Positions 55,367 through 64,000 of a stretch of 64,000 nucleotides of DNA are shown here, piece by piece; the first letter of the stretch is position 1, and each line of letters starts with the position of its first letter. Origin of the DNA: Utricularia gibba (Eukaryota > Plantae > Magnoliophyta). The translations under genes and the position numbers were made by a program. The DNA lies in the NCBI GenBank assembly GCA_002189035.1, contig NEEC01000021.1:1652416-1716415 (forward strand). Reading direction: 5' to 3'. The notes below the pieces were generated by a model that ran no database searches, was not told where the DNA came from, and worked only from the letters and a program-made list of their open reading frames with translations.

Positions 55367-57404
55367 TCATATCAACACGTCCATATCCTTTTTGTGTTGC
55401 AATTCTAGCACAGTGACAGTGGGACTCTCGCCAGTGCCTTTGTACCTATACCACTTCGCACAGACAAGGAAGTAGCAAAAGTTGAAGGCAGACACCCCCG
55501 CGACTAAGTAATAGAAATAGTCCAATCTTCCCTTGTTGAGATCCTCCGGCAGCCAGTTTCCCGAAGGCCGCTTGTTCGTCCACTGGTGCACCCCTGCTAT
55601 CAAAAATCCATGAATATAACTTGAAACAGCCATGGCGCAGAAGAAGAAAGACCCCGCAAAACTCTTCATATTCTCCGGGAACTGTTTGTAGAAGAACTCC
55701 GATTGGCCAACGGAGGCGAAAGCCTCAGCGAGGCCCACGATCAACAGCTGTGGAACCAGCCAAAACGCGGACATGGAAGAAACGGCGCCCCGGTGGGAAT
55801 GAACGGCTTGTAGAGGCTTGGAAAGGGCGAGAGAACGTCGTGTATCTTCGACGCGCGCGCCGACCAAAGAGGCGATAATTGTGAGAAAAATGCCAACACC
55901 GATACGTTGGAGCACGGTGATTCCGGTCTCTTTCCCGGTGAGGCGGTGTAGGAAAGGCACGACCAAGCGGTCGTATATAGGTAGCCAAATGATGAGACCT
56001 ATCATTTGGAAGATAGCGTAGGTGGCCGGTGGGACCTGGAAGGAAGTGCCCCCAAGGTGGCGGTTGGACTGCATTGCCTGGAAGACGAGGTATTGTGGCC
56101 TCTCGCCTACATGGTAAAGAATGGTTGCAGCCCAAATGGGGAACACTCGGAGAATGCATTTAAGCTCCTCCACCTGCTGCACGCTGCAGAGCCGCCACGG
56201 GTTCGCGGAGGAGCCGTTTGGGTTGATCTTGTCCTCTGCCGTCAAGATCGCCGCTTTGTCTAGAAATCTGAATAGAAAAATAGGAAAATTAGTTGGAAGG
56301 AAAGAACTGGGTTCGTGTTGCAAAGCCAAATGGAGTGAGTGAGAAGGGCAAGGCAGAATCCTTGCCTGAACTGAGGAGTGTGGGGAAGCTTGGAGTTGAT
56401 GGACTTGGGCGGGGTGTACTCGAAAAGGCGGAAGGAATGCTGCTGGTTGAGCATGAGGCTACGCTTCCTGATGGCTGCAACGACTACCTGAGTGAGGCTT
56501 GTCAGTGGGCTGCCTTCGGGCTTAACCATGACGTAAATCTTGGTGCCGATGAAGAAAACGAAGCAGGAAATCAACATGAAGGTGGTCGGAATCCCTAGGC
56601 CCACCGGCCAGCTCACATCGGACTGGATGTAGACGACCAGTGTCAAGGATACCACTTGGGCAAATGTGAGGGTAAAGAAGTACCAATTGAAGAAGCTATT
56701 GATCCCCCTTTTCCCGGATTCGGTATGTGGGTTAAACTGATCCACGCCGAACGCGAGGTTGCAGGGCCGAATTGTTCCGCCACCGATGATCATCAGCGCA
56801 AATCCCAATAGAAGAAACGCCATTTGCCATGGTGTAGGTCCTATGCACGCCTCCGCATCCGGTAGACACTGCGGTGGGTGCAAGTTCTTGAATACCGCCG
56901 TCAGCGTTATCGCCAGCAGTCCCTGTAAACCAAATGAAATCAACACCGTCTTTTCCTTCACTGGAATAGGTATCACATGCGGTGCAATTAATATCTGTTT
57001 TACCAGAGTGGAGGTGATGGACCCGAATCCAAGTGTCTTGTAGCGGCCGAAGTAGGTATCGCTGAAAAATGCGCCAATCAAAGTGGCGAAATTAGTAGTC
57101 CCACTGAATACACTTAGGAGCGTTGTTGCGGAAACGCGCTTCATGTTGAAAACTGTTGTCAGGTACACCTGCATATTGGACAGCGTCCCAATCGCCCCGA
57201 GCTTCTCAAATGTCTCGTTCCCTGGAAACAAAGAAAAACCAGAACTCAGACCTCAACTCACCTCATTCAAGCTATCTTTTTTTTTTCTTTCCAACCTAAG
57301 ATGTAAGGCATGGCCCTTATTCCTCTGTAATTGATCTCCGGTTCCTCCATCTCCTCACCGCTTTCGCCTCCGCCGGGAAACACCCTGTGCTCGGGTTCCG
57401 CCAT
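55367..57404 (-). CDS. NRT1/PTR family transporter, NPF2.9-2.11 (GTR-like) clade, 4 exons
   Basis: Motifs are NYRGIRAMPYILGNETFEKLG (ExxEK intact), DTYFGRYKT, RPCNLAFGVDQFNP, FFNWYFFT, VQQVEELK, FYKQFPENMKS and LNKGRLDYFY. Confidence 0.93.
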
Positions 57405-59164
57405 TTATCTACAGTTGAAGAGGAGAACGAAATGGGGGCTCAGGAGTAGGAGTAGCTGAATGCCATATCTGCTTCAACTCATATAGACTAGACAGGCAGA
57501 TGGTAGTTGGTTGTTGATGTGAATAATGTAGCTGAGAGACTTTTTCCAACTCTCCCCCACCGGAGGTGCTGTTGAATGGGTCTCTCTCCCCGTCCCTCCT
57601 CGATCTCTTTGAGTCTCCTTGAGTATGATTTTGTCGACCTTATCATTTAAAAAGTCAGAGAATTGGTTGGCCCACATTATCTCTGGCACACTAATGTGGC
57701 ATTTAACGTCATCCCACCACCACGATGGTTGTGTGTAATTGGATGTTCCAACCAAACAAAACACTCACTTTCATTCCATTGCTATCTTTCGCACTCCAGT
57801 TAACAGTGAGTCAAGATCCATTGACTTGTTCGCCGTATGAGTGATGTGATTAGATGTAAGTGTGAAAGGTTGACCTTGGAGAGTGATTCTGGCAGAGTAA
57901 ATGGTTGGACTTTGCGTTCATTGGGGGGCAACTGGCTAACGACGCGACGGGCACCAACCAAGGACCCACAGGTATCATTTCCCTTTTCCACGTCGGCATG
58001 TTGAATATTATATAATATTACAGAGAGCACTCAGCACTTTCGTTTCTTAACTCAACACAACACGATGGAGCTGCGGCTGGCAGCATCACCAAAGGCCTTC
58101 TCTCGATGGTGGCTCGTCGCGTCAAAAACAGCTATGAATGACTCCCGCTCACCACGCAGCTGATCTTGGAACACATTTTATGCTTTCCAAGTGCAACCAA
58201 CCGTCTCGGATTGGAATATTAAACCCAAATGCAATCAAGCATACCTAGAGGAGAACCGAATAGCAAAACATTGTAGGAGTTTCTGATGGGAAAGTAACAG
58301 GCGAGAATTATGAAACCAGCATTATTGGGGAAGACGGGTGCCGGTTTTGTAAGCTACCTAACCAAACAACTGCAGTTATGAGATGTGGTTTCCAACTGTA
58401 ACACAATTGGCCAAATCAGCGGCAAGCGTGTGTAATGGATGTGAGACTGCAAGCATCTTACATCGTTGTATCCGAAACAGGGCCAAGACCAGAGACACGT
58501 ATGCCACTTTCTAGCACCAGCCAATGCGCTGTTATGAGAGAGCCAAAAGAAGACGGTACATAGTAAGCATCATCATCTAGAGAGACACCTATCTCATGCG
58601 CTTCATCTCCAACCAATTTCTTTTTTCCTGAGGACTTACAAATCCGATCCTGATACAGAATACTTGTACTGCAGGAACGAATATATGGTGCAAATTCCAC
58701 TTCACAGAATATGACGCACACAAGCATATTCCATTAACATGCAATGGCATTTTCTGTGCGAAACATTGACAAAAGCTTCACCTGATCAGCCCAGCGCCCA
58801 GATTTACCCTCCTTGCGGAAAGGTTTGTTACAACAGAAATGGTAACTGACCTTAAAACTCTTGCTTCAGTATGTTCGGCACATTCATCATTCAAATTATG
58901 ACCATTTACTCTCTTCCAAGTGTTTCACCATCTCCACTGCACTGTCTTCAACAAATTCACATTTTATTAGACCTAGTTTGTCAAATAAGGATTTTTAAAA
59001 TATCCTTCCATTGCTTTTGCCTCCTTTCTCTCACCTAGTTTTCACCCACAAACTTCTCATCATTCGTGCAGCTATTTTTGTGGACATTCAAAGTAGACTA
59101 GGTTATTTCAAAATACGTGGACCTAACCCACATGTACCAAATCCACATGTACCAGGTATACACA

Positions 59165-62100
59165 CTATGCAGGCCATTCCGGAAGTGTTTCATGAAGAGC
59201 TTGGGATATGTTCAAAACCATTTCTGCAAATGCTGAAACACGCAAGGCATAAAATGTCAGATACTGCAATGAGGAGCACACCATGAGGCGAGGTGAGGCG
59301 AACCTTCTGGCAAACTCATTGCCCTAAATGCAGCTTCAGGATGCGGCAACCGAATTGGGATACTTTTTTCCTTTTTCTCACCAATTGTCGCACCACCCCT
59401 ACGACACTTCAACTGGTGAACCGGCCACGCAAGCGCGCACACACGTGATGGAAGCGTGGAGGTGAGATCATCATATCTAAGGCTCACTACTACTTTGCTG
59501 TCAATCAAAATACACCAACCATAAAACTTGAATGCTCAAGTTGCAGCTACAAACCTCAAAAACTCGTGAGGCTTGTGTGACATGAGAAATATTCAATGGA
59601 TAAAATCACATGCACTATTCACATACGCTGCTGCAATATTCCAAGTGCATTTTCAACGGTTGAAGAGCATATGCATATTTTTAAACAGAACATGAGCCCA
59701 ACAGAAAACACATGAAGAACAGGATGTTAACACATGAAAATATATGTTTCGCAACCTAATGATGGCACATAGAAAACTAAGAAAGAAAGATGGCCATTAG
59801 CACGGAGCAGGTACATATACGCACGTCAGAATAAGATGCAATCTCACCATTCAAGATCTGAAAGCACAAATTCAACCAGATTATACTGAAGACTAACATA
59901 AAGCTCTGCAATCTGGTTTCCATACAATTCTTTCAGAAGGCGGACCTGAGAAGTAAATGGAGAACTCAGAAATTACTTAGCATTAACCAACACATCATCG
60001 ACATGCACCCCCATCTAGCAAGTCTAAAAAAAAGATGTTGCATATCTAAAACTTACATGAAAGGTAACCAGGGAACGCAAACTTCACTAATTAGGTTTCT
60101 CAACATAAAAAAAAAGAAGCATCCAGAAATATCCAGAAATATGAGGACACGAGTTTAAGGATAACCTGCTCTTTTCTATCAACATATGCCTGCAACAAGT
60201 CGCCGACATAGTCTATGAACTTCTGCCTCCAAATTGAAAAATATCAATTTTCGCGTGGACATTAATTATGTAGGATATTTTGTGCAATGAAACTGGCCTC
60301 ACCATAGCATTCGTGCTGAGATACTCATTTTCTGCCTCGCGTATAGGCAAGCAGAAGGGAACTGTATGCTCAACAACGGTCATTTTCTCAAGGAAAGACT
60401 TGCTTTCCAGAACACAATGAAAAGCCTCGCAAGGTTCTCCTGTAAATGTAAGCGCTCAATTAAACCCTCATATCTGATGAAAAACGCAGATTGAGCACAG
60501 CAGTAACATATGATAACAAAAGCGACATATTTTTAGCAGGCAAAATAAACAGCACCAGAATTCTACTACGAGTTTAGCAGATGTAATGCTCAAATGATTT
60601 AAAAATACATAAATTTGTGATAAGCTGGCAAACGCATTACATGAAGTACATGGCTAATCAACCTAACTTTACATACAGGGGAAATAAAACATTCAAACCT
60701 GACAATACATGTAAAATATTGGATGATACAGTCAAGCAGTTCACCTGCAAATGACGTCTCATACAAGATGCCAATCCTCGCTCCATCCAAACAGCAAATC
60801 ATCTGCTTAATAGAGCTTTGCATTAGGTTGCTACACGGGCTAATGGCGAACAAAACACCATGCATTAGGTTGCACGAGATACTTGAAACAATTCAGCAAC
60901 CACTAATGAAAACACTTAGTTCAAGCGGAACATATTAAAAGTAGATTTCCCAACAAGATAAAACATTAACAGGATGAGAACTGGATGATAAATGGTAGAT
61001 CTACAAATATGGATCTGAAGCAGGATCAGTCGTCCCAACACAAACCTGATTTATATTCAACACACAGGTTTTTCAAAAATAAATAAGTTAAGTATCGGGG
61101 CCGGATCTCATGAAACATAATAATTGTATGAAGTGATTTACTTTATTCCCAACTTTGTATGTAATTTTCTCATGAGGAATAGCCACTGAAGAATTGCCTT
61201 GGACTTGCATTGCTTTGCGTTCAGCCTCCAAATGAACCTATCACAGATGGAGACGCATGAGAATGGAGTTGCAAAAAAAATAACGACCACTAAAATTATA
61301 TTTATTCACCAACCAAACCAAGAAGAAGAAAAAAAATACCCGCTCTCGTATCGTGGCCAGCAGACCGTCGTTCCACTCCTCGCCTTCTAAGCATACCTCT
61401 GAAAGGAATAAACATGTCCTCTTTTTAAGATCTAAGTATTAACAGATACATATAAGAGACCAAAAAAAAAGTAAATGAAGGAATGATGTAAAAGTACATT
61501 GTTTATTAAAGAGGATGCATTGACCTTTGAAGATATGGCATCGCATAAACAAGATGTCAGTGTGCAACAAAACCAACTCCTTATTCCCCATCATATGGCT
61601 CAAACATTTCGAAAATACCACTACAGTTTCCTAGAGTTGGTTAAGCCTTTGGATTGTTCTTTCGGGATTTTTTTTCAAATGAAAATTTATTTTTTACGGT
61701 ATCAAATCATTACAATTGTAAGGCGGTGCATTTTGTAACATTTCATATAACCACTATCACTGAATCTGCTTAGTCTGATTACCCTAGCCGTTATACTTTT
61801 CCCGTCATGAATTATGAATTCAGTTGCACCTAAATTTAACATCTGCCTTACTGTATCTTAATGGCTTTTGCAGACACCACCACTCCCTTTTCGCCGCGCA
61901 AACAAGGAAAAAATGGCAGCAACGGGAAAAATACCTTCAGTCTGAGAGGCACGGAATGCTTCAAATTCTCTGTGCAGACGCTCAAAAATAGTCTTGTCAG
62001 AGTCCCTGAAGATTCATAAGCATATCCGGACACTATTTTGTTGTAGGCAAGTACCCATATGGTGGAAGGGAGAGGATTGCCATGAACCATTGTGAATAGA

Positions 62101-62562
62101 AATAAAATATGACTAAAAATCTCGGATTACCTAGAAAGCCGCTCTGTTAATTCTCCATGCCTTTTAAAAACACTGGAAACTGGAAAAATGGATTAGGTGA
62201 GAGATACTGAAAAAAAGTTGGGTAATTATTCAAGACACTAAACAAAATGCTTAGTAGTCTCCAGCGGCAGCACGTAATAAAAAAACAATAATTGATACAT
62301 CTTGTGCGAGTAGTCTCCAACAGCAAATGCTCCGCCTGGGGAAATTTCCGATCAGAAGAAGGAAATTAGCCAACATACTTATGAAGATAACACAACACTA
62401 ATCCATTATAATCCAAGGGTCGATTAGTTTTCCTCTAATCTCGAGCTTCATGTAAATGACCCTTTGAATAGGAAAAAACCCCAGTAGTCAGGAGAAGCAG
62501 GACATGAGACAAATTACCACTCCTTCCTGTGGGCGCTCTAGCACCTCATCAACTTGCGGCAT
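59165..62562 (-). CDS. CENP-O: Centromere protein O (CENP-O)-like, 12 short coding exons (969 nt, 322 aa)
   Basis: Manually spliced exons: 62562-62518, 62335-62299, 62179-62131, 62005-61935, 61398-61340, 61237-61142, 60802-60745, 60439-60303, 60222-60166, 59945-59848, 59497-59304, 59232-59165. All are GT-AG and in frame. They give EEWNDGLLATIRERVH, ICCLDGARIGI, HCVLESKSFLEKM, FIDYVGDLLQAYVDRKEQVRL and VSLRY..AWP..SLPEAFAE, matching plant CENP-O as I recall it. Confidence 0.85.
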
Positions 62563-62739
62563 TTCGAACAGCGCCCTATAAACAATCGAAAAACGGAGCA
62601 CCGATCAAAACAACAGCAATTAAAAAACAAAGTTGTTGACAGGATGTAAAAATGACAAGAAGTTGGACGCAAAAAAGCTGAAGGAATTTCCAACGAGATA
62701 AAAATTGGGGAGTAGCTTACCACGAAATTGTTGAAAGTA

Positions 62740-62748
62740 AAACCCTAG
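62740..62748 (+). promoter_or_regulatory. Telo-box (AAACCCTAG) in the probable non-coding first exon of CENP-O
   Basis: The motif is read directly. A 5'UTR intron at 62576-62720 is supported by a GTAAGC donor and a TATAG acceptor. Confidence 0.5.
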
Positions 62749-63704
62749 TTCGACGTTGGGGAACCTTCTTCTTCCCTAACAGAGAGCTCCGTTTTCTTTT
62801 TCTTTTTTTTGTTTTTGTTTTTCAGGGGCCATCTATACACTTATTTTTTTATTATTTTTCATGAGACTAGTGATGTGTTAATTAAAGATTAATAATGGGG
62901 CTTTGATTGGGATAAAGCCTAAGCTTATCAAATATTTAAGTTATTTTTTGTTTATCTTGATATCCATTACTCGCATTGGAAAATGGGGAAACAAAATGAA
63001 GGATTCAAATGAAACTAAAAGGAGTTTCAATTGACTCCGCGCCAGCAATCCCAGCGCCATTAGAACGTAGCCCACAGGGCATTGCATTATTGCCGTGTTG
63101 TCGCATATCATCATAATATCTAATTGCATTTGAAATAGCGGTTGAATGGTGTTCGGTTACGAAGATCCATCTTCCACCCTATTTCTAGACGGATCTTCAG
63201 ATGTTGTTCGAGCCCCGCGTCAATTGAAGGTTTAGGAATTAAACAATTTGCAAATTTGGAGGAGGATGACATGTGAGTTGTTTGTGTTACAAGAATATGC
63301 ATATTAAATTCTGATCTAATCTTAATTTTCCATACCAGATGTAGAGAATCTAGTGAAATATAGAAATACAATAATGTGTATATAAGGACATCATGATGGT
63401 TGTTAATGTGTTTTTGATACATAGAATTCTTCTAAATCTAGTTTTGAAAATAGCATGATAAATTTTTTAAATAGAGTTCAGGATAGGATTTCTATTCTTG
63501 GATTTCATAGGTTATAGATATGATTCTGATAAACATGAAAGTCCAATGGTTCCATAACGTTTTAATACTCAAAAGATGGCTTGATTTTAGTCACACAGGG
63601 GAGGCATCTCGTGGCCAAAACAATTGAAACATTGTGATTTGTAACTAAAAGAACATGCAAAGTTTTGGCTTCCTAAGAGTATTTTATCCTTCTACCAAAT
63701 ATAG

Positions 63705-63818
63705 AGTTCAGCGTTCAAGGGTCTTAGGTTCTTGGTTTCAGGGTTAGGGGTGTAGGGTTCAAGGTTTAGGTAGGGCCGTCGACCTACCACGTGCACCTAT
63801 ACGGATTAGTGTATAGGG
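63705..63818 (+). repeat. Degenerate telomeric repeats with a short non-telomeric insert
   Basis: Eroded units such as GTTCAG, GTTCAAGG, TTTCAGGG, TTAGGGG and GTAGGG precede the regular array. Confidence 0.75.
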
Positions 63819-64000
63819 TTTAGGGTTTAGGGTTTCAGGGTTTAGGGGTTCAGGGTTCAGGGTTTAGGGTTCAGGGTTCAGGGTTTAGGGTTTAGGGGTT
63901 CAGGGTTTAGGGTTTAGGGTTTCAGGGTTAGGGTTCAGGGTTTAGGGGTTCGGGGTTCAGGGTTTAGGGTTCAGGGTTTAGGGTTTCAGGGTTTAGGGTT
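63819..64000 (+). repeat. Telomeric array of mixed units, G-strand on + (probable right chromosome end)
   Basis: The 25 complete units are 9 TTTAGGG, 8 TTCAGGG, 3 TTTCAGGG, 3 TTTAGGGG, 1 TTAGGG and 1 TTCGGGG. The array runs to the end of the window. Confidence 0.93.

Noticed and set aside
58458-58727. 89-aa ORF with an internal acceptor-like site downstream of CENP-O
   Set aside because: CENP-O already closes in frame at 59165, the phase is incompatible with an alternative last exon, and I recognise no family.
58783-58893. Possible C/D-box snoRNA on the minus strand (ATGATGA ... CTGA ... CTGA)
   Set aside because: There is no C' box, only a weak terminal stem, and no guide I can match to rRNA or snRNA. 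Such boxes occur by chance in AT-rich DNA.
62491-62506. GGAGAAGCAGGACATG resembling miR164
   Set aside because: It is a partial match inside a CENP-O intron with no hairpin partner.
62941-63422. Short minus-strand ORFs in the telomere-adjacent kilobase
   Set aside because: They are AT-rich, lack splice-consistent structure and match no domain or TE I recognise.

Overview
This is an extremely gene-dense plant (eudicot) nuclear segment that ends in a telomeric array. I resolve 23 intron-containing or single-exon protein-coding genes, about one per 2.8 kb, with mostly 70-100 bp introns and no recognisable transposon. In order: UPF0114 (partial), AGO1, a NAC factor, KdsD-like arabinose-5-P isomerase, a SAM methyltransferase, STICHEL-like 2, pectate lyase, MsrA, CP31-like RNP, DUF868, organellar L19, an unknown protein, a C2/GRAM/VASt protein, TAR2-like, SOUL, anthranilate phosphoribosyltransferase, a rolling-stone-like membrane protein, a clade II SWEET, an unknown coiled-coil protein, a MYB35/TDF1-like factor with a degenerate R2 repeat, a GT31 GALT, an NPF2 transporter and a 12-exon CENP-O that is invisible in the ORF track. 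The last ~300 bp are telomeric with the G-strand on +, and about half of the units are C-variants (TTCAGGG/TTTCAGGG) interleaved with TTTAGGG. The array lies about 1 kb from the CENP-O start with no subtelomeric repeat zone. Seven apparent -1 frameshifts in six genes all fall in short G/C homopolymers, including one in AGO1, so I treat them as long-read assembly errors rather than pseudogenes. The compactness and telomere variants suggest a Lentibulariaceae-like (Utricularia-type) genome, which is inference only. All family assignments come from manual translation and recalled motifs; no database searches were run.
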